A stretch of DNA of 64,000 nt from Planctomycetota bacterium (lineage in GTDB: Bacteria; Planctomycetota; UBA8108; SXIK01): NCBI GenBank assembly GCA_965223265.1, contig OZ244999.1:704001-768000 (forward strand). Direction: 5' to 3'. Below, in pieces: positions 11,791 to 21,295 of this stretch. Each line of letters opens with the position of its first letter. Positions within the stretch are counted from its first letter, which is position 1. The notes under the pieces were generated by a model. It was not told the DNA's origin. It searched no databases and worked only from the letters and a program-made list of their open reading frames with translations. A program made the translations under genes and the position numbers.

Positions 11791-13302
11791 TCAGACGTTG
11801 AATTCGACGCCTTGGGCGAGTGGCAGTTGGTCGCCGTAGTTGATCGTGCAGGTCTGGCGACGCATGTACGTTTTCCAAGCGTCGGAGCCCGCCTCGCGTC
11901 CCCCGCCGGTCTCTTTTTCCCCACCGAACGCCCCGCCGATCTCGGCGCCACTCGTACCGAGGTTGACGTTGGCGATGCCGCAGTCGCTGCCCGCCACGGA
12001 GAGGAATTTCTCTGCCCGCTGTTGGGAGGACGTGAAGATACTTGACGAGAGTCCTTGGCGGACGCCGTTGTGAACCGCGATGGCCTCGTCAAAGTCTTTG
12101 ACGCGCAGCACGTAGAGAATCGGGGCGAACGTCTCTTCTTGAACGATCGGCATGTCGACAGTCGCCCTCACGACGGTCGGCTCGACGTAGTGCCCAGGTC
12201 TATCGAGACGTCGGCCACCGCAGAGGACATCTCCCCCTTGCGTTTGGATCGAGCCAATCGCGGCCTCGAAGGTGGCGACAGCCTCGGCATCGATGAGCGG
12301 ACCGAGAAGTGTCCTCGGATCGAGGGGATCGCCGACCGGAATCGAGCGAAACGCTTCGATGACCCGGCCCTCCATTTCGTCGGCGATGGATTCTTCAACG
12401 ATCAAGCGGCGGGTGGTCGTACATCGCTGGCCGGCGGTGCCCGCGGCACCGAAGGTGACGGCCCTCAGTGCTAGATCGATGTTCGCGTCGGCGAGCACAA
12501 TCGCCGCGTTGTTGCCGCCAAGTTCCAAAAGGGAGCGCGCGAGTCGTTTGGCAACGACCTCACTGACCGCGAATCCCATGCGGCAGCTCCCAGTGGCGCT
12601 GATCAACGGGAAGGTCGGGTCGGCGGCTAAGCGCATGCCGAGTTCCTTGCCGCCCGTGACCAGACTGAAAACGGCGCTCCAGTCGTCTTCGGCGAGCACG
12701 TTGTCGACGATCCGCGTCACAGCGAGCGCACTGAGCGGCGTCTTCTCAGACGGCTTCCAAACCACGGTGTCGCCACAGACCGCTGCGATCATGGCATTCC
12801 ACGCCCACACCGCGACCGGAAAGTTGAACGCGGTGATCACGCCGACGGGGCCGAGAGGATGCCACTGCTCGAACATACGGTGCTGCGGGCGCTCGCTGGG
12901 AAGAGTCGAGCCGCCGAAGGAGCGTGAGAGGCCGACAGCATAGTCGGCGATGTCGATCATCTCTTGCACTTCGCCTTCCGCCTCCGTGAGGATCTTGCCA
13001 CATTCCGCGCTGACGAGGCGCGCCAAACTCTCTTTGTGCTCGCGAAGTGCCGCCGCGATACGCCGCACGTATTCGCCACGCTGAGGGGCGGGAAGAGAAC
13101 GCCAGCGCTTGAAGGTCGACACACTCTGATGCGTTACCTCGCGGTACTCTTCAGCCGTTGTTTGGCGAACATCCCCCAGCTTTTCTTCGTCGCCCGGCGC
13201 GAACGACGAGATCGCGACAGAGGATGGACTCGAGGTCCAGCGTCCGAGAAAAGTTCCTGCGGCAATCGTCTCACGGTCCAGTCCGCACCCGGTGAGATCC
13301 AT
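11791..13302 (-). CDS. Aldehyde dehydrogenase, ALDH7/piperideine-6-carboxylate dehydrogenase-like
   Basis: ITAFNFPVAVW, LELGGNN, GQRCTT, EETFAP, GAFGGEKETGGGREAGSD; GAGGAG RBS before ATG 13302. Confidence 0.92.
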   Translation of the reverse strand: MDLTGCGLDRETIAAGTFLGRWTSSPSSVAISSFAPGDEEKLGDVRQTTAEEYREVTHQSVSTFKRWRSLPAPQRGEYVRRIAAALREHKESLARLVSAECGKILTEAEGEVQEMIDIADYAVGLSRSFGGSTLPSERPQHRMFEQWHPLGPVGVITAFNFPVAVWAWNAMIAAVCGDTVVWKPSEKTPLSALAVTRIVDNVLAEDDWSAVFSLVTGGKELGMRLAADPTFPLISATGSCRMGFAVSEVVAKRLARSLLELGGNNAAIVLADANIDLALRAVTFGAAGTAGQRCTTTRRLIVEESIADEMEGRVIEAFRSIPVGDPLDPRTLLGPLIDAEAVATFEAAIGSIQTQGGDVLCGGRRLDRPGHYVEPTVVRATVDMPIVQEETFAPILYVLRVKDFDEAIAVHNGVRQGLSSSIFTSSQQRAEKFLSVAGSDCGIANVNLGTSGAEIGGAFGGEKETGGGREAGSDAWKTYMRRQTCTINYGDQLPLAQGVEFNV

Positions 13303-13475
13303 CGCTTCACTCCTCGGCATGGGGATTTCTGTCAAAAGGCGCCTCGAGTTTAGGTTATGATGGGGCGATTCCCACGACAACTCACAGTGCGAGCTTGCTG
13401 CACCTCGCGCTGTCCGGCGGTGCGCTGACGACCGAAAGGCTTCGTCTTCGGCGTCATGTTTTTTCGGAGGCTTTC

Positions 13476-14009
13476 GTGTTATTAACGAGCCTTTTAATCT
13501 TTTTTGTTTGTGTTTTGCCATTTTTGGAGCTGTTTGCTGTTCTTTATCTCGCGCACAGCCTTCCGATGCCAGTTTTGGCCGCCTGGCTGACGGGGACTGC
13601 GCTGGGCGGGTTCGTACTCCTCGCGGTGTCGATCAGGTCGCGTGAAGGCTTGAAGACAACGCACCTCACGACCCGTGCGGCGAGCTCGACTCTGCCGTTG
13701 ATTACCGACAGCAACGCGAAGATTTTTGCCGGGTTTCTGCTGTTTTTGCCTGGACCCGTGAGCGACGCCATCGCGATCACGTTGCTCGTGCCCTCGACAC
13801 GGGTTGTCGGCGACCAGATTCTTCGCCGGTCGATCCGAAAGATCGTCAGAAGCAAGGGAGAAGAAGAGGCTTACGAAATCGTGTCGACGTCGACAGCGAG
13901 CCGCGATACGGCTCCCCGGCGGATCCCGCGAGGTCGAGGCCGAGCGATCGCGCGCCCAACGCCGGTTCACGACGCGGATTTTGAGGTGGGATCGGATCGA
14001 TCGTCTTAA
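13476..14009 (+). CDS. fxsA: FxsA-family membrane protein
   Basis: LPFLEL...TALGG and AGFLLFLPGPVSD motifs; GGAGG RBS before GTG 13476. Confidence 0.75.
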   Translation: MLLTSLLIFFVCVLPFLELFAVLYLAHSLPMPVLAAWLTGTALGGFVLLAVSIRSREGLKTTHLTTRAASSTLPLITDSNAKIFAGFLLFLPGPVSDAIAITLLVPSTRVVGDQILRRSIRKIVRSKGEEEAYEIVSTSTASRDTAPRRIPRGRGRAIARPTPVHDADFEVGSDRSS

Positions 14010-14215
14010 TCGTTCTGGTATAGAGGCTTACGAATTCCCCTGGGTGGCAAATCAGTCCCCTTGGGCGAAAATTCTATGCTTTTATCTGCGTCTCGGTTAA
14101 TTTGTCAGGATTGGCGCGTTCGACCAAGACCGCGCATCTCCCTGCCCCAGGCGCCCATGATCACGGTGGATGATGTGGATGATGATGGGCGCGTCCACCT
14201 ATCAGTCCCGCTGGC

Positions 14216-16438
14216 GTGTCTATGAAGTCGGTTGTTCCAAAACTGGCCAAGCTCGTACAGGAAGACGACTTGAGTCTTCGTGCGGCCGCGATCAAGGTGA
14301 TCTCGGCGCTTGGGATTTCGTCGCCTGCGATCGTCAAGGCGCTCGGATCGTGCCTCAGCGAGCCGCACGAGGAGCTGCAGCTGGCCGCCCTGCACGGATT
14401 AGCGCGGCTGGGGCCCAATGATTGCATCGGGCAGGTCGTGCCGCTAGTGCTCGTCGGCGGCAAGGTCCGCGAGAAAGCGGTCCAGGTGCTCGAGGGCGCC
14501 GGGCCACGGGCGATTCCGCATCTAACGAAACTGTATGCCGATGCGGATTTTCACGGCCGCCGGGCGACGATCGGTACGCTGGCGCGCATCGGTGGACCGG
14601 TGGCCATCCGCTTCATGCTCAAGATCCTTCCGGACGAGTCGTTCGAACTGCAGAAGTACTTGATCGTCCAGATTTCCGAGTCGATCGACCGCCTGAGCCA
14701 GTCTGGCCAGGCAACGATCTATCCCCTGGTCAGTCGTCTCGCCGGCCGCAACGCGGCCCCTCAGGTGCTGATGGCCGCCGCGATTCTCCTCGGACATTTC
14801 ACCAGCAAGCCGCTGACGGTGCGAGCTCGGCAGACTCTCCGCAGCTTGGCGGCGGAGAAGAATCCAGTCGAGGTGAGGCGCTACGCCATGGTGTCGTTCG
14901 CCCGACTGTCGCAAGGGGTGAAGTTGACGACGCCGGAAATTCAGTTTGTCCGCAAGGCGCTGTGTGACGAGGACTGGTACAACGTCGCCCAGTATGCGCT
15001 GGCGGTGTTTAAGACCCTGCCGATTCCCAAGAAGGACCGGCTGCAGATCATCGATCTTCTCAAGACGACACCACACTTTTCGGTTCACGTTTACGTCTTC
15101 GAACGACTGGAAACGATGAATCGACCGGATGTGGCTTCCGCGATTATCCCCTTCTTGGCTGACGGCCGATTTCGGGTGCGCGAAGCAGCTGAGTCTGCGC
15201 TCAAGAAGATGCCCTCAGCCATGGACAATCTTCTGTCCATGCTGATGGACACCTCTGACTTGGAAGTAACGCAACGCATCAATTCGGTCTTGCGGGATTT
15301 TCCGCCGGAGGTGCAGCGCAAACATCTCGACAAGGCGTGCAAGCGTTTGCTGGCGCTTTATGAAGACAACGATCCCCACTACGAAGCATTCTTGGAATTC
15401 GTTCGAGCCGTCGACTCAGAGCCGCTGCGCAAGATGGTGTACGATCGAGTGGCGACGCTGAAGTCGAGGCGTCGAGGCGATCGTTGGCATCGGATTCTGC
15501 GCAACCTGCAACTCCTTTGGGATCATCACCTGATCGATGCGGAAGGGCGGTACCTGTTGGGGCTCGCCTCTCTCCACGTCAATTCGAAGGAACTGGCGCC
15601 GGCGGCGCGCCGGAACCACCTCGGGCTGAAGGTGCTGCGCGCGCTGATCTACGACGATCCGAATCAGCTGATCCGGCGGCTGCGCGCCGAGAAGGAGTTG
15701 ACCCCCGCAGACTTCTACTTCCTCGGGTTTCACTTCTCGGAGGAAGGTGGGGCCATGAGGCCATTTGGCGTCGCTATGCTGCGGCACGTCACGAAGAAAT
15801 TCCCCAAGAACAAAATCGCTCCGTCGGCGGAACGCAAGTTGGCTCTGCAGGTTGCGCTCATGGAGGAAGAGGAAGCCGAAGCGGCCGAGAGCGCCCGCCG
15901 AGCCGAGGCGCGTGCGGCGCGCCGCGCTGGCGGTGAGCGCAAATCGGAGGCCGGCGCCAAGAAGAAGCCTGCTTCCAGCGGCGATGCGGGGGCGTCAAAG
16001 CGATCCAAAGCGGCTGCGAAGAAGAGGACAGACGCGACGAAGAAATCCTCAGCCAAGAAGAAGGTTGCGGGAACGAAGAAGAAACCCGCGGCGAAGAAAA
16101 GCGCCAAGAAGAAAGCACCCACCAAGAAGAAGACGACCAAGAAGAAGTCCGGAAGCGCTAAGAAGGCCACGAAGAAGAAGGCCACGAAGAAGAAGGCCAC
16201 GAAGAAGAAGGCCACGAAGAAGAAGGCCACGAAGAAGAAGGCCACGAAGAAGAAGGCCCCGACGCGCAAGAAGTCGATCTCCAAGAAGCCGACGAAGAGC
16301 AAGAAGCCTCGATCCGGCGGCAAGACGAAGACGAAGGGCAAGTCCCGCTCGCGCGCGGCGGCTGGGCGCAAGGTCGGCTCGCGGAAAAAGACAGCCGCGA
16401 CAGGCCGCGGCAGCCTGCGGGCGCGGCCCGGGCGCTGA
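14216..16438 (+). CDS. HEAT-repeat protein with long K/A/T-rich histone-H1-like C-terminal tail
   Basis: HEAT-like units (LRAAAIKVISALG, FRVREAAESALKKM); tail with (ATKKK)6. Confidence 0.8.
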   Translation: MSMKSVVPKLAKLVQEDDLSLRAAAIKVISALGISSPAIVKALGSCLSEPHEELQLAALHGLARLGPNDCIGQVVPLVLVGGKVREKAVQVLEGAGPRAIPHLTKLYADADFHGRRATIGTLARIGGPVAIRFMLKILPDESFELQKYLIVQISESIDRLSQSGQATIYPLVSRLAGRNAAPQVLMAAAILLGHFTSKPLTVRARQTLRSLAAEKNPVEVRRYAMVSFARLSQGVKLTTPEIQFVRKALCDEDWYNVAQYALAVFKTLPIPKKDRLQIIDLLKTTPHFSVHVYVFERLETMNRPDVASAIIPFLADGRFRVREAAESALKKMPSAMDNLLSMLMDTSDLEVTQRINSVLRDFPPEVQRKHLDKACKRLLALYEDNDPHYEAFLEFVRAVDSEPLRKMVYDRVATLKSRRRGDRWHRILRNLQLLWDHHLIDAEGRYLLGLASLHVNSKELAPAARRNHLGLKVLRALIYDDPNQLIRRLRAEKELTPADFYFLGFHFSEEGGAMRPFGVAMLRHVTKKFPKNKIAPSAERKLALQVALMEEEEAEAAESARRAEARAARRAGGERKSEAGAKKKPASSGDAGASKRSKAAAKKRTDATKKSSAKKKVAGTKKKPAAKKSAKKKAPTKKKTTKKKSGSAKKATKKKATKKKATKKKATKKKATKKKATKKKAPTRKKSISKKPTKSKKPRSGGKTKTKGKSRSRAAAGRKVGSRKKTAATGRGSLRARPGR
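16166..16255 (+). repeat. Coding tandem repeat, 6 x GCCACGAAGAAGAAG (ATKKK)
   Basis: Six perfect 15-bp units read directly. Confidence 0.95.
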
Positions 16439-16658
16439 TATCGCGGTGACGGGGTGGAGGCGGGGCCCGAGCCTCGACCTGTCCTCATTGGCGAGCTTCA
16501 CTGCGCCGTTTTCTCAACGGGAATTGTTTGATTAAGATCAACAATTCTCCTATGGTCAAGCCGGTGAGATTGGCCACCCTGCGGCGGCTCCTCGCAGCGC
16601 CTGCGGCCCCGCCAAATGGTCTTCAACGGGCAACTGTTCGAATGAGTGAGGGCTCGCC

Positions 16659-18383
16659 ATGTTCTCGTTCGCTTCCGGCTCGTCACGCGGTCCTTTGTCA
16701 CGCAGCGCTCCGCTTCTCTTCGTCGCATTCCTTCCGCACCTGTTCTTGCCATCGGTTGCAGCCGGTCGCGAAGTCACCGTGCTGCACGTCGATGCTGCGA
16801 GTGGGGTCGACTCGCCCGAGCGCGGAGGCGATGCGGCGCAGCCATTCGCGTCGCTTCGTTACGCTCTCGCCTTCGCCGAATCATCAGGGGCCGACGATAT
16901 CGAATTGCGCTTAGCGAGTGGAATCTACGATCACGGAGTGGAACGGTTTCCGATCCGCTTCGAAGGGGGGCTTCGAGCGGTTCGTGTCCGAGCGCCGCAC
17001 GGCGAGGTCCTGTTTCGGTCGGAGTCGGCCGCGCTGCGAGGGAGGGTTCCGCTCTTCGTCGCCGACGCTCTCCTGCTGACTGCGAGTCAGTTTGAGGTTT
17101 CGTTCCACGATGTCCGTTTTGACGGCGGAGTCACGGCGCTGCGCGTTAACGGCAATTCTGGCGTCTCAATGGCGGTCGAGCTCGAAGACTGTGGGTTTTC
17201 GAGTCAGCTTGGCGGCGCGGTCGAGATCGCGCTCGGTCGCGAGGCAACCGCGCAGCTCGACGTTGTCGGTTGCACGTTTCGCGGCAGTTACGGCGGTGTC
17301 CATTTGGAAGCGGCGCTTTCGGCCTCGGTCGACGTTATTGTCGAGCGCTGCAGTTTCGACGCGCTGGGTGCGTTCGGCATTTCGTCACTCCTTGGCGCTG
17401 GAGTATCGCTTCACATCGATCCACGGGCAAGTCTCGACGTGCGTGTCGAGCGCAGTTTGTTTCGGCGTTTGTCGGCGGGCGTTTTGCTAACGACGTCAGA
17501 GCCGGAAGGTCAGGCTGACGAGGGCGGGTTTGTTGACCTCGCAGTTGTGAACAACGTCGTCGAGGATGTGACCAACGGTGCGTACTTCAGTCTTTGGCCT
17601 CACCACGCCACCTCTCTTCTGATCGCGAACAACACCTTCGCACGCGTGGGCGGTTTCGCGATTTATCATGACAACTTGGAGCAATTACGCGCCGAGGACT
17701 TAGTCGACGGGATCAGCTGGACGTTCGCCAATAACATCTGCGTTGCGTTTGAGCAAGACTCTGAGTTCGACGTCGAGATTGGTTCGGATGCGGGCGTCCA
17801 GCCATTCCCCGCGGGAGTCATCGTGCGTCACAATCTTCTTCAGAAAAGTCGCCTGGGAGCCGCACGACAGGATGGAAACCTCAGCTGGGACAGTGAGCTC
17901 GCTGCGCTGTTCGTCGATTACACGGCAGGGGACTATCACTTGCGTCCCGGCACCGCCGCGATCGATAGCGGCAACAATTCTGACGTGGTCGATTCCGTAG
18001 ACTTTGCTGGTGGCTGCCGCCTCGGCAGCGCCATTTGTGGGGTTTTTGGAGACGCCGTCGAATACGTCGTGGACCGCGGCGCGTTCGAGCACGCACTTTT
18101 CTGCGACTCCGAGCCGGCGCACTTTCTTCGTGGGGACTGCAATAGCGGACAGGACGTTGACATCGCCGACGCGATCACTTCGTTCAACTACCTATTCGTA
18201 GGCAACACGTTTCCAACTTGTCTCGATGCGTGTGACACCGACGACAACGGGGGAATCGACATCTCCGATGGGATTGCGCTGCTCAACTTTCTCTTCGTTG
18301 AAGGAGGTGCGGTGATCCCCGATCCCGGGATCTATACGGCCGGTCAGGATCCCTCGCCGGATTGTTTGACGCTTTGCAAGTAG
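16659..18383 (+). CDS. Secreted right-handed beta-helix protein with C-terminal dockerin-like domain
   Basis: Signal peptide; HVDAASGVD...PFASLRYAL start; GDYHLRPGTAAIDSG; FLRGDCNSGQDVDIADAI...CLDACDTDDNGGIDISD. Confidence 0.8.
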   Translation: MFSFASGSSRGPLSRSAPLLFVAFLPHLFLPSVAAGREVTVLHVDAASGVDSPERGGDAAQPFASLRYALAFAESSGADDIELRLASGIYDHGVERFPIRFEGGLRAVRVRAPHGEVLFRSESAALRGRVPLFVADALLLTASQFEVSFHDVRFDGGVTALRVNGNSGVSMAVELEDCGFSSQLGGAVEIALGREATAQLDVVGCTFRGSYGGVHLEAALSASVDVIVERCSFDALGAFGISSLLGAGVSLHIDPRASLDVRVERSLFRRLSAGVLLTTSEPEGQADEGGFVDLAVVNNVVEDVTNGAYFSLWPHHATSLLIANNTFARVGGFAIYHDNLEQLRAEDLVDGISWTFANNICVAFEQDSEFDVEIGSDAGVQPFPAGVIVRHNLLQKSRLGAARQDGNLSWDSELAALFVDYTAGDYHLRPGTAAIDSGNNSDVVDSVDFAGGCRLGSAICGVFGDAVEYVVDRGAFEHALFCDSEPAHFLRGDCNSGQDVDIADAITSFNYLFVGNTFPTCLDACDTDDNGGIDISDGIALLNFLFVEGGAVIPDPGIYTAGQDPSPDCLTLCK

Positions 18384-18895
18384 TGCGCGAAGATTTCGAG
18401 TCCGTCCGGGACGAACGGCCACTCTTCGATCCTCTTCATCAGTTCGTCGAGGGTGAAGTAGGCTCCCCAGTCGACTTCCGACGCTTGGTGGCGGATCTTT
18501 CCGTCCCAGACAGCCGAATACACAGCGACCCAGCTGCGGTTGTGAGCCCCCCAATAAAGGTGTCGGAATAAGAAGCGTGGCTCGACTCCAGCGATGCCAA
18601 GTTCTTCGTCGATTTCCCGTGCAGCGGCAGCCTCGTACGTCTCGCCACTCGTGACGACACCGCCAACAAACATGTCGTACATGCCCGGGAAGACGTCCTT
18701 GGACTGTGTCCGTCGATGGACGTAGATTTCGCCGGCACTATTAGTGCAGAGGATGCCGACGCCGCGGTGGAGAAGGTTTTGAGTTCGCACCTCGCGACGA
18801 GTGGTTTGTCGAATGATGTTGTTGCTCCGGTCCACCTCGTCAACGAGCTCGTTCGCCGGATCTTGCGGTGAATCCTCGTGATGCAGCCCTGACAT
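18344..18895 (-). CDS. NUDIX hydrolase (YfcD/Idi-like)
   Basis: Nudix box GGVVTSGETYEAAAAREIDEELGI; HRRTQSKDVFPG; AAGGAG RBS; 3' end overlaps the convergent gene by 40 bp. Confidence 0.9.
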   Translation of the reverse strand: MSGLHHEDSPQDPANELVDEVDRSNNIIRQTTRREVRTQNLLHRGVGILCTNSAGEIYVHRRTQSKDVFPGMYDMFVGGVVTSGETYEAAAAREIDEELGIAGVEPRFLFRHLYWGAHNRSWVAVYSAVWDGKIRHQASEVDWGAYFTLDELMKRIEEWPFVPDGLEIFAHYLQSVKQSGEGS

Positions 18896-19149
18896 GGTAC
18901 TTCTCCTTCGCTGCCTGTCGTCAAGCATGGGTCGACTCGCATTCTACGGCGCTCCACTATCCGTTGCGTGCCTCGCATCTGGGCTTTCGCCGTGATTGAC
19001 TGCGGCGCCGACGCAGACCTCCTTACTCTCGACGGCTAGCCGTTGCAAGGATGCTTCCCCCTCGTTCGTCGCGTCGGTATGATGTCCGCCACCTCGTGGC
19101 ATCAGATCCAGATCGTACGAGTGTGTCCATGTCCAACGTGGAGGGCTGC

Positions 19150-19863
19150 ATGAAAGTCTCGGAGTCGCCTCAGCTCGCTTGGTCCGGCTTCACGCCGGAT
19201 TTGTTTCAGGGAGCGCAGGTGCGTTTGGCCGTCAGCGACCGCGGCATCGCGCGTCTTGAGCTGGCTCGTGTCGACGCGGCTGCTGTGGGCGAGGCCGGTC
19301 CGATCAACGGCGCCGCGCCAGCGGCTGAGCCGTTGGTGGTAGTGAAGGCAAAGGGAGGTCCCGAGGCGCGGACCGCTGTGCCTGCGATGGCGACTCGGTT
19401 CGAGTCGCAGCGTGGCGAGCTCGGGAATCTCCCGCCTTCGCAGTCGCAGCTCCTCCGCGACGCGACAAACGAACTCGAGAGTTATTTCGCTGGCGACCTG
19501 CGTTGCTTCAAGGTGCCGATCGACTTCGACGACCAAGGTTCTTCCTTTCAGAGGCGCGTGTGGCGAGCGCTTCTCGACATTCCATACGGTGAGCTGACGA
19601 CCTACGGCGAGATCGCCGCTGCGCTCGGTAAGCCGGGGGCGGCGCGCGCCGTCGGAGGTGCCGTCGGTGCGAATCCGATCCCAGTCATCGTGCCGTGTCA
19701 CCGCGTGGTCGGCGCTGACCGATCGCTCACCGGGTTCTCATGCGGGCTGTCGTTCAAGGAAACCCTCCTTCAGCTTGAGGGCGTGCGTCTCAGTGCGCTA
19801 CCGAGTCGCAGTCGTGAAACTGTCGGCGATGAGGCGCTGCGGCGGCGTCGCAAGTGTTTGTAG
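19150..19863 (+). CDS. ogt: Methylated-DNA-protein-cysteine S-methyltransferase
   Basis: FQRRVWRAL..IPYG, ARAVGGAVGANP, active-site PCHRV. Confidence 0.92.
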   Translation: MKVSESPQLAWSGFTPDLFQGAQVRLAVSDRGIARLELARVDAAAVGEAGPINGAAPAAEPLVVVKAKGGPEARTAVPAMATRFESQRGELGNLPPSQSQLLRDATNELESYFAGDLRCFKVPIDFDDQGSSFQRRVWRALLDIPYGELTTYGEIAAALGKPGAARAVGGAVGANPIPVIVPCHRVVGADRSLTGFSCGLSFKETLLQLEGVRLSALPSRSRETVGDEALRRRRKCL

Positions 19864-19950
19864 GAAGGTGACGGGCACGATTTCGACGCTACGGATATGG
19901 CGCGGTTCGTGGTCTTTCTGACGTGTCTTCTGGCCTGACACGCGTCGCTT

Positions 19951-20180
19951 CATTGCAAACGCAGGAGACTTCACCCGCCGCTCGTGCAGCGGGCGCGGAG
20001 ATTCAGAGACAGATTCAGATTCGGAGACAGAGACGGATTCAGCTTCAGTTTCAGATTCAGAGACAGACACAGAGACAGCTTCAGAGACAGAGACAGCGAC
20101 AGCGACAGATTCAGAGACAGAGACAGCTTCAGATTACAGATTCAGAAGTAGAGTACTCGTACACCCGCGCCCACGCGCAT
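19951..20180. repeat. 46-bp conserved motif followed by a degenerate hexamer array (GATTCA/GAGACA/GCTTCA) and a short CACGCC-type tail
   Basis: Motif is 36/46 identical to 45498-45543; about 25 hexamer units at 19999-20150; lies between convergent genes. Confidence 0.85.
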
Positions 20181-20307
20181 GGGCGCGTACCGAGCTGCCG
20201 TGGCCGAGCGCGAAGCGCCCGAAGCGACACTCGAGCGCCTCTGCGACGTCCGTTGACGCTCGCGGTCGCTGCGACAGCAGTCACGGGAGCGCTGGGCCAC
20301 AGCGACC

Positions 20308-21282
20308 TTATCCGACTCCCCGCGTCGAGTCCGCTGCGACGAGGTCTTTCTTGAAGACGTCGTAGTGGAGGCTTTCTGCCGCGCCGAGCAGCGATCGGTA
20401 GTATTCCGCCGGTCCGATCCAGGAAATCACCGCGGTGGAGGAGGTCGCTCCTGCGCCGATGTCAGCCAGTGCTTTCTTGAGCAGTGCGACACCGATGCGG
20501 CGACCGCGATAGTCTGGCAGCGTCGCCATCGGGCCGAACGCGTTGGCGGCCCACAATCGACTGACGGCGAAGGCAGCGAGCCGGTTGCCGTCGAGCGCTA
20601 GCCAGACGCTCGCGCCGCTGCCGTAGCCAAGCGCAAACGTCAACTCTGTGGCCCAGGTCGGCGACAGTGCTGCCGCTTGTGGCACCACCTGCAGGATGTC
20701 TTCGTCGGCGCTGTCAGGGTGTGCCCGCCGAAGCGTCAGGCCGCCGGACGCCAAACGGTCGACGTCGGCGTCGGTAGCGGCCGTGAACGAACTATCGCGC
20801 AGTGTGTTCAGCGGCAGGGTCATGCTGCTGCGAACCATCTGGACTGTGTAGCCCGCTGCCTCGATGAACCTGGCCAACCGCTGACGCCGTTTCGGAACCC
20901 CCGGAAGGAGATAGACAGGAGCTGCACCGCCGAAAGTCACGGCGTCACAACCGCGGCTCTTGAGTTCTGACTCGAGGCGTCCCAAAAGGCTCAGGGCGAG
21001 TTCCGTCCTTCCTTGCCGCTCGAGCTCGCGGATGTGGAACAGTTTGATGTGTCCTGTGCTCGCTTCGCCCGCACGTGGCGCGAGCTTTCGAGGCACAGCC
21101 GCTGCAGCTGCGACGAGTTCTCGTCCATCGCTCACGCCGAAACGAAGTTCCGGCGCCGCGTCGGGGTCATCGAAGAGATTGCGAGTGAGATAATCGCGGT
21201 CGAGCTCTAACTCAGAAAAATCGTGTCGCACAAGGTCGAGGACTTGGTCGACGTGCTGCGGAGTCAGTGTGAACGTCTTCAC
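20308..21282 (-). CDS. GNAT-family N-acetyltransferase (tandem GNAT)
   Basis: FGPMATLPDYRGRRIGVALL acetyl-CoA motif; degenerate N-terminal copy. Confidence 0.8.
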   Translation of the reverse strand: MKTFTLTPQHVDQVLDLVRHDFSELELDRDYLTRNLFDDPDAAPELRFGVSDGRELVAAAAAVPRKLAPRAGEASTGHIKLFHIRELERQGRTELALSLLGRLESELKSRGCDAVTFGGAAPVYLLPGVPKRRQRLARFIEAAGYTVQMVRSSMTLPLNTLRDSSFTAATDADVDRLASGGLTLRRAHPDSADEDILQVVPQAAALSPTWATELTFALGYGSGASVWLALDGNRLAAFAVSRLWAANAFGPMATLPDYRGRRIGVALLKKALADIGAGATSSTAVISWIGPAEYYRSLLGAAESLHYDVFKKDLVAADSTRGVG

Positions 21283-21295
21283 GGCGGAGAGGGTC

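Noticed and set aside
15730-16535. Antisense and alternate-frame ORFs (FFFVA repeats, RRRP repeats)
   Set aside because: Shadows of the ATKKK coding repeat.
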